A DNA stretch of 64,000 nucleotides from Longimicrobiales bacterium (GCA_965219445.1 CBDCNQ010000005.1:384001-448000); one strand, 5' to 3'. Numbered from the stretch's first letter, positions 10,872 through 22,037 are shown. Notes: a model not told the origin generated them from the sequence alone. Program-made: numbers and translations.

Positions 10872-13271
10872 ATGAGGAGACAAGCAATGCATCATCGAAA
10901 GCAGCTTCGAATTCACGGGACGAGCGCACGCCGAACGCTCGAAGCTCTGGTAGTCGCCGTCGCGCTCCTTGGAAGCGGAGATCTTTCCGCCCAGCAGACC
11001 GGGCAGATCGCCGGGCAAGTGACGAGCGAGGACGGCTCGCCCGTAGTCAGGGCCACGATCCGTGTGCCGGGTGAGAACCTGCAGGGAACTACGGCGACCG
11101 ACGGGCGCTTCGTCATCCCCCGCGTGCCTGCCGGCTCCTATGAGGTGGAGATCTACGCGCTGGGCTACGGGGACGCGACCCAGCAGGTGCAGGTATCCGC
11201 GGGCGGCGTGGGAACGTTGAACGTCCAGCTGGAGGTTCGTCCGGTGGAGGTGCTGGGTGTTCAGGTCCACGTTCTCCGCCCCGACCTGCGACACACGGCC
11301 CAGATCGAGGCGGACGCGGTTCGCGAGTCCAATCCACGGGACGTGGGCGATGCGCTGAGGGCGATCGCCGGCGTGGACGCGGTGCGGCGCGGACCCATCG
11401 GACTCGACCCGTCGATCCGGGCGCTCCGCGAAACCCAGGTGGGCACTTACATGAACGGCACGCGCCTCTTCCCGGCCGGCCCGGCCCGCATGGACTCCCC
11501 GCTGACCCACCTGGATCCGAGCGCGATCCAGCACATAGAAGTCGTGAAGGGTCCCTACGCCCTCACCTGGGGGGCCGGGAACATGGCTGCAATCCGCATC
11601 GAGACCCGGTCCGTACCGCCCCAGATCCCGGGAGGGCTTCGCGGCACTCTGTCTGCCGGGTACGACACCAATCTGGAGGCTCAGGAGTATTCGGGAACCC
11701 TGTTCGGCAGCAGCGAGCGCGTGGCCTACTGGGGCCACGGCGTGTGGCGCACCGGGACGGACTACGAGACAGGATCGGGCGACGTGATTCCGGCCGACTT
11801 CGACTCCTGGGAGGCCCGGGGACAGCTCGGCTACCGGACCGGCGACGCCTCCTGGCTGAGCTTCGACATGGGCTACCAGAAGCAGGGCCCGATCGACTAT
11901 CCGGGCCGCCTTCTGAGCGCCAAGTCCTTCAAGACGAACAACCTCGCGGCCGAGTGGGAGCTGGCCCGCGCCCAAGGGCTCCTTCGCAACATCGATCTCC
12001 TGGTCTACCTGAACAGCGTGGACCACCAGATGGACAACACGGACAAGCCGACGCGCATGGCCATGGAGGGACGGGTGCCCCCCTTCGCCCTGGACGTGCT
12101 GGTGGACTCCCATATCGACGTCACTGGGGGCCGGGCCGCCATCGAGTTGGTCTCAGAGGGCGGCTGGGACGTGGAGATCGGGGGTGACGCATACAGCGCG
12201 AAGCGGGACGCGGACCGCTTCATCGACGCCCTGGATCCCAACCAGATGACGCCGCCGCTGTTCCCCTTCCACGACCGGATGTGGCCGGACGCGACGATCA
12301 CCGACGTAGGTCTATGGACCCGGGCGGACCGGCCCCTGGCCAACAGGCTGAGCCTTTCCGCGGCGGTGCGCCTCGACCTCGTCTCCGCGGACGCAAAGGA
12401 CGTGTCCGACACCTTCCTCGACTATGCCGGGGCCACCCGGGCCGACGTGGACGCGTCGGAGACCAATTTCAACGCGGCCGCCACGCTCAGCGCCAACCTG
12501 GGCTCCAACTGGAGCCTTTCGACCGGAGTCGGCTCGGTAGTCCGGACCGCCGACGCCTCCGAGCGCTACGGAGACAGGATTCCGGGCACCAGGGCCCAGC
12601 TCACCACCGAATTCCTGGGCAACCCCCACCTCGATCCCGAGCGAAGCACCCAGGGCGACATCTGGCTCGAAGGCCGCTTTCCCAACCTGAGCCTGGACGC
12701 CAACGTCTTCGCCCGCCGGGTCAGCGACTATATCACCATCGTTCCGAGGGACCCGGCGGAGGTACCCTTCCTGCTCCCACTGACGGGCTCGCTCGGCAAC
12801 ACGAACGTCGTCCAGTATGTGAACGGAGAGGCCGACTTCTGGGGGGTGGAGGCATCCGTCGCCTACCGCTGGAGCGAACGGTTCTCGACAACCGTGGTCG
12901 GCGAGTATCTGCGGGGCGACGACACGGAGCTGGACGAGCCGGCCTTCGGGGTCGCCCCGGTGCAGGGTCGCCTCCGGCTCCGCTACGAAGAGTTGGGGGC
13001 CGGATACTTCCTCGAGAGCCTGGTGACCGCAGTAGGGAAGCAGGACCGCCTGGCTGTGAGCCGGGGCGAGGGCACCCCGACCCCCGGATACGCAACGGTC
13101 GATCTACAGGGCGGATTTCAGCCCTATGTAGGAGTACAAGTCCGTGCCGGGGTAAACAACGCGCTCGACAAGCAGTACTACGACCACCTGAACGCGAAGA
13201 ACCCTTTCTCCCGGACGCCGATTGCCGAGCCGGGCCGCGTCTTCTTCATCCGCTTGACCTATTCGTACTAG
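10872..13271 (+). CDS. TonB-dependent receptor, OprC/NosA-like
   Basis: Signal peptide, carboxypeptidase-regulatory-like N-domain, plug (IEVVKGPY), AGPARMD and DHQMDN motifs, C-terminal EPGRVFFIRLTYSY. Confidence 0.85.
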   Translation: MRRQAMHHRKQLRIHGTSARRTLEALVVAVALLGSGDLSAQQTGQIAGQVTSEDGSPVVRATIRVPGENLQGTTATDGRFVIPRVPAGSYEVEIYALGYGDATQQVQVSAGGVGTLNVQLEVRPVEVLGVQVHVLRPDLRHTAQIEADAVRESNPRDVGDALRAIAGVDAVRRGPIGLDPSIRALRETQVGTYMNGTRLFPAGPARMDSPLTHLDPSAIQHIEVVKGPYALTWGAGNMAAIRIETRSVPPQIPGGLRGTLSAGYDTNLEAQEYSGTLFGSSERVAYWGHGVWRTGTDYETGSGDVIPADFDSWEARGQLGYRTGDASWLSFDMGYQKQGPIDYPGRLLSAKSFKTNNLAAEWELARAQGLLRNIDLLVYLNSVDHQMDNTDKPTRMAMEGRVPPFALDVLVDSHIDVTGGRAAIELVSEGGWDVEIGGDAYSAKRDADRFIDALDPNQMTPPLFPFHDRMWPDATITDVGLWTRADRPLANRLSLSAAVRLDLVSADAKDVSDTFLDYAGATRADVDASETNFNAAATLSANLGSNWSLSTGVGSVVRTADASERYGDRIPGTRAQLTTEFLGNPHLDPERSTQGDIWLEGRFPNLSLDANVFARRVSDYITIVPRDPAEVPFLLPLTGSLGNTNVVQYVNGEADFWGVEASVAYRWSERFSTTVVGEYLRGDDTELDEPAFGVAPVQGRLRLRYEELGAGYFLESLVTAVGKQDRLAVSRGEGTPTPGYATVDLQGGFQPYVGVQVRAGVNNALDKQYYDHLNAKNPFSRTPIAEPGRVFFIRLTYSY

Positions 13272-13320
13272 ACGGGTCGACTCCCGTCGCACCGCGCGGG
13301 CGGAAGCAAGAGGAAAGCGA

Positions 13321-13349
13321 GACGGGCCCGGGGTCTCCCCGGGCCCGTC
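13321..13349. terminator. GC hairpin between convergent genes
   Basis: GACGGGCCCGGGG-TCT-CCCCGGGCCCGTC, perfect 13-bp stem; no strong U-tract. Confidence 0.55.
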
Positions 13350-13385
13350 CCAAGGTTTCCGCAATCGTCCCCCTCGCCCCCAGCC

Positions 13386-13785
13386 TCAGTTGGCGATGGC
13401 GGCCGCCCCGGCCTGGGAGATCTGCTCGTCGTCGTCCGCCCGCACGCCGCTGGTCCCGATCGCCCCAATCAGCTGACCGCCGCGCAGAATCGGGACGCCG
13501 CCCGCGAAGGTCACGCCGTCGGGGACCTGCGGTACGGTATAGGCCTCGAGGGCGCTGTCCGTACACCGCGGTCGTGAGGCCCGTAGCCGCGACGGTGGCC
13601 GCCTTCCGCATCGCGACGTTGTAGGAGCCGGCGGAGGCGCCGTCCAGCCGCCGCAGATACACCGGCACACCCTCGATGTCCGCGACGACGATCGTCACGT
13701 TCCATCCGTTACGGCGCGCCTCGGCTTCGGCCGCGTCGAGCGCCGTCCGTGCCAGCTCGTATGTGAGGGCCCTCTGCGAGCGCGA
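13386..13785 (-). pseudogene. GlcG/HbpS-family heme-binding protein, frameshifted and 5'-truncated
   Basis: LTYELARTALDAAEAEARRNGWNVTIVVAD..G.PVYLRRLDGA...RKA, then a frame change near 13555 to FAGGVPI...LIGAIGTSG...DEQI. Confidence 0.75.
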
Positions 13786-14077
13786 TCAGACCCGACGGAG
13801 ACCAGTCGAAGCGCCAGTCTTGCTTGATGCCGAGAATGGAGAAGTCACGCCGGTTCGTCACTGCATAGATCGGAGCGGAGTCAACGATGTATTACTCCGT
13901 CCCATCCCGTCGCGAGGTCACGAGGCCAGCCGACGCTATGGTGGTTACGCGGATCCGGTCGCCGAGCATTCCGTCAGCTCTCCTGGACCATGCCGTCGAA
14001 CGCCACCTCACCGTTGGCGATCACCCGGATCGGACGACTCAGGTTGAACGCCTCGGGCGCAGAAGGGACGCAGCAAC

Positions 14078-14310
14078 ATGATCGACCATCTCCGAGGACG
14101 CGAGAAGGCGCTGGAGGCCTTCGGCTGGACGGGACGCTGTGCCGAATGGATCGCCCTGGCCTGTCTCCATGGCGGCGTCTTCACCCGGGCGCAGTGGACG
14201 AGCTTTCTGGGTTGCCACCATGAGCACGTGCGCCGCGCCGTCCATGCCCTCGTCGCGCAAGGCGCGGCCATCGAAGAGAATCCACCCGGCATCGCCGGCA
14301 TCGGCAGGAT
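14078..14310 (+). pseudogene. Uncharacterised mobile-element protein, N-terminal fragment
   Basis: MIDHLRGREKALEAFGWTGRCAEWIALACLHGGVFTRAQ; wHTH-like start, truncated. Confidence 0.45.
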
Positions 14311-14436
14311 ACGGCTGGGACGGGCAGCCGGAAAGGCTGGGTGCGCGCTGACGTGGGGGAAGGTCCGTTCCAGCTAGTGGAGTGAAGTGCTTATGGCAGA
14401 GGATTTTCCGCAGGCGGCCCACCGGGTGATGATGGG

Positions 14437-14623
14437 ATGGGTCGTGACTACGGAGGCGCTCCTCCGACAGGTGTGGGGGCGCCGGGGCTCGGACGACACC
14501 GATCGCCTGCACACCGTCGTCAAGAAGCTCCGCCACAAGCTCGGCGACAACGCGGCCGCGCCCACCTACATCTGCACCGAGCGCGGAGTCAGCTACCGCC
14601 TGGCGACCCCGGGTGGGGTGTAG
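14437..14623 (+). pseudogene. OmpR-type winged-helix C-terminal fragment
   Basis: LLRQVWG...VKKLRHKLGDNAAAPTYICTERGVSYRL, homologous to the end of 43882-46308 and in the same gene context. Confidence 0.75.
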
Positions 14624-14738
14624 AGGGCCCCCGGGCGGGACGGCACCGACTCGGCGAACGGCCGTCCGAGGCCGCCGCACAGCCCCCGTGCCTATCGTGC
14701 CGCGGCTATTGCAGCAGCTTCCAATCCGAGCGCGTCGC

Positions 14739-14833
14739 TCAGTCCCAGTCGCCCTCGGCATCCCTCCTGAGCGCGTCGGCGAGCTCGGGATCGCCCTCGC
14801 CGCGGCGGACGGAGCGCTCGACGAGATCGACGC
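14739..14833 (-). pseudogene. 3' half of small membrane-protein gene split by island
   Basis: VDLVERSVRRGEGDPELADALRRDAEGDWD* matches the C-terminus of 46446-46760. Confidence 0.85.
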
Positions 14834-15002
14834 ATCTATTGACGTTCAGTAGCGCTCCATAAAAGCCCAATAACACCTGATATACAAAGAGTTAGGAGAT
14901 TTCCATACTCCAGAGAGACCCCGTTACACCCCTTGACAGCCGGTAGTTTTATGGGGCACTATTTCGGGGCAGACTACCGTATCCCTCACACGGTGCCCCA
15001 AC

Positions 15003-16334
15003 ATGCCACTGACCGACACGGCCATCCGGAAGGCCAAGCCCCGCGAGAAGCCGCGCAAGATCTACGACAGCCGCGGCCTGTACCTCGAGATCGCCCCGCG
15101 CGGCACCAAGGCCTGGCGCTTCAAGTACCGCTTCGCCGAGAAGGAGAAGCGGATCTCCATGGGCATCTATCCCGAGGTCTCGCTGAAGCTCGCGCGGGAG
15201 CGGAGGGACGAGGCCCGCAAGCTTCTGGCCCGGGAGATCGACCCGAGCGCCTACCGGAAGGCACGCAAGCAGTCGAAGCGGCAGTGGGCCAGCAACAGCT
15301 TCGAGGCCGTGGCCACGGAATGGCTCGCGAAGCATTCGCCCAATTGGTCCGCCCGCTACGTCTGGCGGATCGAATGCGATCTGGGAAAGGATGTGTTCCC
15401 GTGGATCGGAGCGAATCCGGTCGCGGAACTCACGGCGCCGGAGCTGCTGGCCGCGCTGCGCCGCATCGAGGAACGCGGCCACCTGGACATGGCGCATCGC
15501 ACGCTTCAGCTCTGTGGGCGGATCTTGCGCTACGCGGTGGCGACGGGCCGGGCCGAGCGGGACGTGTCGTGGGACCTGCGCGGGGCATTTCCTCCGGTGA
15601 AGCGGAGGCACTTCGCGGCGATCACCGATCCGAAGGAAGTCGGCCCCTTGCTCCGGCTGTTGGACGGCTACGTGGGAACGCTTCCGGTACGCTGCGCCCT
15701 GCGTCTGGCGCCGCTGGTGTTCGTGCGCCCCGGAGAATTGCGCAAGGCCCAGTGGCCCGACATCGACCTGAACGGGGGAGAGTGGCGCTACACGGTGACG
15801 AAGACCGACACGCCGCATGTGGTGCCCCTGGCGCGTCAGGCGGTCGAGATCCTTCGCGAGGTTCATAGCCTGACCGGACACGGCCGCTACGTCTTCCCGA
15901 ATGTACGCTATCCGAGCCGGGAGCGGCCGATGAGCCGCGCCACACTGTGGGGCGCGTTCCGGGCGTTGGACATCCGGCGGGACCGGATGACGCCGCATGG
16001 CTTCCGGGCGATGGCGCGCACCATCCTGGACGAGGTGCTGGGCTTCCGGCCCGACTTCATCGAGCACCAGCTGGCCCACCGGGTCAGGGATCCCAACGGC
16101 CGGGCCTACAACCGGACGGCGTTCCTGCCCGAGCGTAGACACATGATGCAGGCTTGGGCCGACTACCTGGACCGGCTCAAGACCGGGGAAGAGATCGAGC
16201 CCGGGACTCTCGGATCGGGGCTTTCCCACATCCCAACGTCTCCGGGGATCCGAAACGCCGACTCATGGCTCGACGTTCCCGGCAGCCCACGGTCTGGCGT
16301 TCTCCGCGGGTCCGCGCCCGGTCCTCTGGGCTAG
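15003..16334 (+). CDS. int: P4-like tyrosine integrase
   Basis: Arm-binding N-domain (YDSRGLYLEI..G.K.WRFKYR), RPGELR, HGFR, QLAH, AYNR catalytic residues. Confidence 0.95.
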   Translation: MPLTDTAIRKAKPREKPRKIYDSRGLYLEIAPRGTKAWRFKYRFAEKEKRISMGIYPEVSLKLARERRDEARKLLAREIDPSAYRKARKQSKRQWASNSFEAVATEWLAKHSPNWSARYVWRIECDLGKDVFPWIGANPVAELTAPELLAALRRIEERGHLDMAHRTLQLCGRILRYAVATGRAERDVSWDLRGAFPPVKRRHFAAITDPKEVGPLLRLLDGYVGTLPVRCALRLAPLVFVRPGELRKAQWPDIDLNGGEWRYTVTKTDTPHVVPLARQAVEILREVHSLTGHGRYVFPNVRYPSRERPMSRATLWGAFRALDIRRDRMTPHGFRAMARTILDEVLGFRPDFIEHQLAHRVRDPNGRAYNRTAFLPERRHMMQAWADYLDRLKTGEEIEPGTLGSGLSHIPTSPGIRNADSWLDVPGSPRSGVLRGSAPGPLG

Positions 16335-16469
16335 CGCGGACACACCGGCTGGACGGTCGGTAGAACTGGCGATCCGCCGCCCCACAGTGGCGCTGAACAC
16401 CCTTCCTGGAAGGATCGCTGGTCGGGAGCGACCCCGCCGGGGAGGGTGGCATGGGCGTGCACATGCCAC

Positions 16470-16622
16470 CTTCCCCGATGCCGTACCAGGCATCCCGAAG
16501 GGGGGGTCGCTCCCGCCACGGCCGCACCCTCCGGAACGGCATCGCCGGTCCTGCGGCCGTGGTGCAACCGCAACGCGGCCAGCGACATGCGGAATCGGCG
16601 GCGCGCACATCGGAATGGCGAT
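16470..16622. repeat. Conserved ~150-bp non-coding element, copy 1
   Basis: CTTCCCCGAT..AGGCATCCC.AAGGGGGGGTCGCTCCC...CGGCCGTG..GCAAC.GCAA...GGCGCGCACAT..AATGGCG, shared with 32782-32930. Confidence 0.65.
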
Positions 16623-16689
16623 GCCGTGCACAAGCACCCCGATGTCGATGTGCACGCGCGGCACGCCACCGACGCCCGCCGTCCGGGGG

Positions 16690-17130
16690 TCAAGATCCGC
16701 CCCCTGGAAGCCGGCTCGAACGCCATGTCGTGAACCCGTCGATCGCCGTTCCGGGCCGCGCGGACCGGAGCCGGTCCTTCAGCTCGACGATCCTCTCGAG
16801 GCAGCCCTGCAGCCCGCCATGCTTCTCGATCACCGCGTCGTCCATGCCGCGGATCGCCTGCTCGATCCGGTCGATCTCGCAGCGGGCCGCGCGGCCGGGT
16901 TCGGGGGTGGCGGGGCTGGAGGCGGCGGTATTGGCCCATCTCCCGAGGGTCGTCCGTGCCCGCTCGAGTTCCCCGGGGGTGCGGAAAGACGGCCACGACC
17001 TCGACGGATCGGCCCCGCTCCCTGAGCGCATCCCAGAGCCGCCGGTGCGCATCGCCCCACGAGCGGAGCGCGGTCGCGGTCTCGTGGCCGGGATCGGCGT
17101 AGACGAAGATGGCGCGCCCGGGGGCGACCG
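16690..17130 (-). pseudogene. Uncharacterised mobile-element protein, C-terminal fragment (frameshifted)
   Basis: AIFVYADPGHETATALRSWGDAHRRLWDALR...IDGFTTWRSSRL; probably the same family as 14078-14310 (recollection, unverified). Confidence 0.4.
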
Positions 17131-17423
17131 CCGTCGAACCGCTCGCAGTCCAAGAGGGCACCTACCTGCGGATGAACATCGACATCGGAAATCAGTCCAG
17201 CGAAGGCGCACAGGCCGTGGTGCTCGGCAACGTCGCCAACTCCCGGAGCTGCGAGCAGTCGCGTCAGTGGGAACGGAAATCCTTCCCGGGCCGCCCGACC
17301 CCGGCACCCATCTCCGTATCTCCTAGTAGCCGAGTCTGGCTGTTGTTCGGCGTCGACTCAGGATTCGAGGCCCTGACGGAAATCTACTTCACGGAAGCAT
17401 CGGTCACCTTCACGCCGATATGA
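17131..17423 (+). pseudogene. Hypothetical exported protein, C-terminal fragment
   Basis: YLRMNIDIGNQS...WLLFGVDSGFEALTEIYF reads as protein-like; no 5' part. Confidence 0.35.
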
Positions 17424-17504
17424 CCACCGCCGGTGCGACCGGTGCGAAGAGCGGGCACGCCCCGCAGTGTGCCCACTGGTGGATGGGCCGAGAGCGCTGT
17501 CCAG

Positions 17505-18146
17505 CTACAGGCGGTTCAACCACTGGGCGAGCGCCTTCTCCGGATCGGCCAGCTCCTGGACCGAGGTATACCAGCTGGCTTCCCAGCCAGTCTCCGGAAG
17601 GCCGATGAACAACATCAGGTTGAGCGGATAAGCCTCGCTGTCGGTGCAACGTCGGAAGTCGTCGCGGAAGAGGAATACCGGCTTCTCCCACGCGATCGCC
17701 ATGCCTACCTCCACCATCACGCCCTCGTCGGGGGGACAGCCGTTGACGACCGCGAAGAGCCCATCCGTGTCGCGTACGTCGTGAAGGTTCGCCTGACCGA
17801 TCCGGTAGGCGAAGTTCGGGCTCGTCGGGTTGATCCCGTCGCTGCGGGCGAACGGCTCCCACACCTGGGCGCCCAGCGATTCCAGGGCCACCACGAGTTC
17901 CTGCAGTGGCCCCGCGCGCTGTTGCGCCGAGAATCCATATGGGTTGGCCAGATACAGGATCTTTCCGGAGGTTCCGGGCGTGGCGGCGTCCGCCGGAGAA
18001 ATCGGCGCGCCACCTTCCGCAAAGTCACCAGCGAGACGCTCTGTCGCCGCCCGTGTGTGACCATCCTCGGCGCCACATCCCGTGGCCACCAGCAATGCCA
18101 ACATCGACATCATGCTCACTCCGACCAGGTCATGCCTCCAAGTCAT
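17505..18146 (-). CDS. Nucleoside 2-deoxyribosyltransferase-family protein with lipoprotein signal
   Basis: YLANPYGFS, VWEPF, DEGVMVEVGMAIAWEKPVFLFRDD; N-terminal LALLVATGC. Confidence 0.8.
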   Translation of the reverse strand: MTWRHDLVGVSMMSMLALLVATGCGAEDGHTRAATERLAGDFAEGGAPISPADAATPGTSGKILYLANPYGFSAQQRAGPLQELVVALESLGAQVWEPFARSDGINPTSPNFAYRIGQANLHDVRDTDGLFAVVNGCPPDEGVMVEVGMAIAWEKPVFLFRDDFRRCTDSEAYPLNLMLFIGLPETGWEASWYTSVQELADPEKALAQWLNRL

Positions 18147-18655
18147 CGATCCCTCCTCCCTCAGGTGTTGGTTCTTCTCCTTGTCGTAGCGGCTCGAGGT
18201 TAGGTGGTCAAACGGCGCGGGAGCGCGCGACGACCTCGTCTGCCGTCAATGGGTGATCCCTGCGATCTGCGCCTGTGCGATCGGGATGCTGTCGGATGGC
18301 TGATCGCCGCGCCGTCACCGCCTCCGCCCGCGTATCGCCGGCCGAGCTTGTTCGGCGGTGGGAAAACGACTGGGTCTTCTAACGCAACTCCTCATCCTAG
18401 CTCGGCTGCCCGGAGTTCATCGTCAGATCCGATCGACCGACCCCGGGAATGCCTGGGGCGAGGGGAGGATCCGGCGCCCCACACTCGCAGCGCCGCCCGA
18501 AGATCGCGACCGGCCCATCCTGTCAGGCTCCGGCAGTGTTATCTTGGGAGCGGCAGGACGCCTTCGGGGGACGGCGCGCCGGAGGCGAAGACCCGCCGGA
18601 ACCAATTCGGGAGATGGCGCTTCCGATCCAGCAACTGACAAGAGAGGACGCTCCC

Positions 18656-19270
18656 ATGCGCCGCATTCGAGCAGGATTGATACTGAGTGTCGGAGTGGCC
18701 GTGACATCTTGCGGCGGCAGCTCGACGGAGCCCGAGGACTCGCTGACAGGGGCGGAGGCCCTCGCGCTCCTCGAGGTAGCGATGAACCCAGGCCTGCAGC
18801 TGACCGACGAATTGCAGCCCGGGAGTGAGACCCTGACCCCTGACGGCGCCGTCCTGCAGTTCACCATCCCGTGCACGATGGGTGGAACGGTCGGGATGAC
18901 CGTGCGGTTCAGCCCCGCCGGAGAACCGGACGTCGACGGCGGCGGCGTGGCAGTGTCGTCGACCCTCGTTCACTCGGGTTGTATCGAAAGGCACGAGACG
19001 AGCGGAATCACCTTCACCCTGGACGGCGCACCCGAGCTGGAGATGAGCATCGAGCTGTCGATCTCGACAGAGTTCATATTCCAGCTAAGCGGCACAGTGG
19101 ACGGGACGGTTCGCTGGGCCACGGACGACGGCCGGAACGGGTCATGCGCGATCGATGTGGCGCTGGAGCCGGGGGATGATCCGTCCGCTCTCTTGAGCCT
19201 CACCCTCACCGGGCAGGCGTGCGGCGCCCAGATCATGGAGTCGTTCACCACGACCGAGCTGCTCGGATGA
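18656..19270 (+). CDS. Hypothetical lipoprotein
   Basis: GAGG RBS; MRRIRAGLILSVGVAVTSC lipobox; beta-rich with paired Cys. Confidence 0.7.
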   Translation: MRRIRAGLILSVGVAVTSCGGSSTEPEDSLTGAEALALLEVAMNPGLQLTDELQPGSETLTPDGAVLQFTIPCTMGGTVGMTVRFSPAGEPDVDGGGVAVSSTLVHSGCIERHETSGITFTLDGAPELEMSIELSISTEFIFQLSGTVDGTVRWATDDGRNGSCAIDVALEPGDDPSALLSLTLTGQACGAQIMESFTTTELLG

Positions 19271-19336
19271 ACTAACCCGAAGCACCGGGACCGGGCAGCC
19301 GAATCCCTCCCCGACGGGGACCGCGCCAGCAACGAT

Positions 19337-19582
19337 TCAAGTCAGCCCGCGCGGCTCCCGCATCCAGCCCGGAATATCCCGCGCCGCGCACACGGCGCGC
19401 CAGATATCGATGTCCGCCACCCTCTCCACATAGAAGAGCAGATACGGGAACCTCCTGACAGTCCGCGAGCGCAGGCCGGGAATATCCAGCTCCTGCGCGT
19501 AGCGGGGCGAGCCGGCGGCGACCATCTTCCAGCGCATCGATGAGGGCCATCGCAACCGCCGGTCCAGCCTCGCCCAGATCAT
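19337..19582 (-). pseudogene. RelE/ParE-family toxin, degenerate
   Basis: GSPRYAQELDIPGLRSRTVRRFPYLLFY...IDIWR...ARDIP; 5' part frameshifted or truncated, no antitoxin. Confidence 0.7.
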
Positions 19583-20136
19583 GCTCCACCGGGTAGTGTC
19601 GCGATATTTGTGTAAAAAGGGGGTGAGGGGTCCGGGGAGGGTGGACAGCCCGGGAAAGAGAGAGGAAGCTCCTTGTGAATGTTCATCATCACATGAACCC
19701 GGGGAGTCCGGGCCTGCGCCAGCAGGTCCGCCTCCGGCATGGCCTCGGCGTGCTCCATGATCTGCTCGGGCAGACTCTTCATGGCTTTTCCCTCCGCGTC
19801 ATGAATCGAGCAATCGATATCACGTCGTCCTCCTCGGAGCGACGCTCTCGAAGCCCCCGGATGCCCTGCAACCGAAGTCCGCCACTGCGGGTGGACGATG
19901 CCAAATGGGCCGTGTCCGGGCTGGCCTCCCTGTCGAACTCCATGCACTTGACGGGGCCTCCGGCGAGCGCTGTGGAGGGTGTGTCTGCCATGCCACTGGC
20001 GGCGGTGTCCAACAGCTCGCGTACCGTACTGGCTATCTCTAGCCGTTACAGGCATTTAGGACATTTCCTAAGAGTTGACTTCCTTGCATGCGGGTCTTCA
20101 CCGTTGTGGCCATGAAGACGCGGGAGCAGTGCGGCC

Positions 20137-20652
20137 ATGGAGACGCTGGAGCAGCAGTTCGACTCGCGGGTGAGGGTGTTCCTCGGGCGGACGGGCCTGA
20201 GTCCGACGACGTTCGGCATGAAGGCGTTGGGCGACCCGAACCTGATGCGCCAGCTCGACGGCGGACGCTCGCTGTCGCTCAGAACGGCGGACCGGGTTCT
20301 GGCGTTCGTGGCGGACTACGACCTGGACTCGGGCGGCCCTCGGACTCCGCCCCGAGGCCACCGGCGCCGGAAGCCTTCGCCGGGGGCGAGGAGAACGAGG
20401 AGCAGCAGAGCGATGAGTGAACAACCGATCGAACAGAGAACGAACCCGCCGACCCGCTTCCTGCGGCGGCCGGAGGTAACGGCCCGCACGGGTCTGGCGC
20501 GGAGCACGATCAAGGTGCGGATGCGCGAGGGGCACTTCCCCCGGCCGGTCTCGCTGGGCTCGCGCGCCGTGGGCTGGATCGAGGCGGAGGTGGACGAGTG
20601 GATCCGCCAGCGGATCGCGGAAAGCCGGGACACGGAGAGTGCCGCCCACTGA
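20137..20652 (+). CDS. alpA: AlpA-family regulator/excisionase with N-terminal HTH
   Basis: C-terminal FLRRPEVTARTGLARSTI...FPRPVSLGSRAVGWIEAEVDEWI; N-terminal GLSPTTFG.KALGDPNL HTH-like domain. Confidence 0.8.
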   Translation: METLEQQFDSRVRVFLGRTGLSPTTFGMKALGDPNLMRQLDGGRSLSLRTADRVLAFVADYDLDSGGPRTPPRGHRRRKPSPGARRTRSSRAMSEQPIEQRTNPPTRFLRRPEVTARTGLARSTIKVRMREGHFPRPVSLGSRAVGWIEAEVDEWIRQRIAESRDTESAAH

Positions 20653-20768
20653 CCCTTAAGGAGATAACGAACAGACGATGAGAAACGTTGTTGAGGACGG
20701 TGACGGCCGACTTCGATCTCGTCCACCTCAGGAACGGACAGGAGATCCGGCGCGAGCGCTGGTCAGCT

Positions 20769-22037
20769 TGACGTACCCCCTCCTGCGGTACCACTTGCTA
20801 TGTTAGACCTGAAGCCATTGGCGGTCCCTGGAGCTGAGGCATTCTGAGGAACCAAGGTGATGGTTTCAATGCTTCCGGAGCGGGGGTAGACCGCCGCAGG
20901 CGCTGTGGGGTCGAACGGTATTGTACACCCGCCGCCACTGCTCGACGAGTACGACGGCCTCGGGCAGTGTGTAAAAGATCTCTCCGTTCAAGAACTCGTT
21001 CCTCAGCTTGCCGTTGAAGCTCTCGTTGTAGCCGTTCTCCCACGGACTGCCCGGCGCGATGTAGAGGATCTGGACCCGCAGCCTGGCCAGCCATCTCCGC
21101 ACCAGTTTCGCCGTGAACTCTGGCCCGTTGTCCGAGCGCAGATGCTCGGGCGGACCGTGCCGAGCGAAGAGATCGGTGAGCACCTCGAGAACGTCGTGAG
21201 CTCGAGTCTTTCGACCGACCTTGATCGCCAGACACTGCCGCGTGTACTCGTCGAGCACGGTCAGAAGCTTCAGCGCACGGCCGTCATGGGTCCTCGTGCT
21301 TACGAAGTCGTAGGACCACACGTGATTCTTGTGCAGTGGCCTGAGCCGGATGCACGAGCCATCGTTGAGCCACAACCGACCCCGTTTCGGTTGCCGTCTG
21401 GGCACTTTCAGCCCCTCCTGCCTCCAGATACGCTCCACACGCTTGTGGTTCACCTCCCAGCCCTCGATGCGTAGCAGGTTCGTGATCTGTCGATACCCGT
21501 ACCTGCCGAACCGGCTCGCCAACCGTATCACGTCCGTGCGTAGCGCCGACTCGTCGACCCGCACCTTCTTCACCCGACGCTGAGTCGAGCGCGGCTGACC
21601 CAGTACGTGACACGCGTGACGTTCACTCGCCCCGAGTCGCTGACGTACATGCACCACGCACCTCCGTCGGCGCTCGGGGCTCAGAAGTTTCCCTTGGTCG
21701 CTTCCTCCAGGATCAGCTTGTCCACCGTCAGGTTCGCCACCGCTCGCTTCAGCCGTGCGTTCTCCTTCTCCAGCTCCTTGAAGCGTCGAGCTTGATCCAC
21801 CTTCATCCCCCCGAACTCCTGGCGCCACCGGTAGTACGTCTGCTCGCTGATCCCCAGCTCCCGGCTCACCATCCCCACCGTTTTGCCGTTCGCCAGACCC
21901 ACCTCCGCCTCTCTCAATGCCGTGATGATCTGCTCCGGCGTGTGTCGTCTCCTACTCATTCTGACCTCCTCCCTGATGGTTGCGACCAAAGCCGCATCCT
22001 AACATCAACTTCGGTCTCGGTTCAGGGGGTCACGTCG
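20769..22037 (-). mobile_element. IS3-family insertion sequence, near full length
   Basis: IRs TGACGTACCCCCT / AGGGGGTCACGTCG; orfA 21681-21959, GGGAAAC frameshift, orfB with DDE motifs; 1-nt frameshift near the orfB end. Confidence 0.9.

Noticed and set aside
19590..19790. IS left-end-like sequence and MKSLPEQIMEHAEAMPE antitoxin-like stub
   Set aside because: Too short to assign with confidence.
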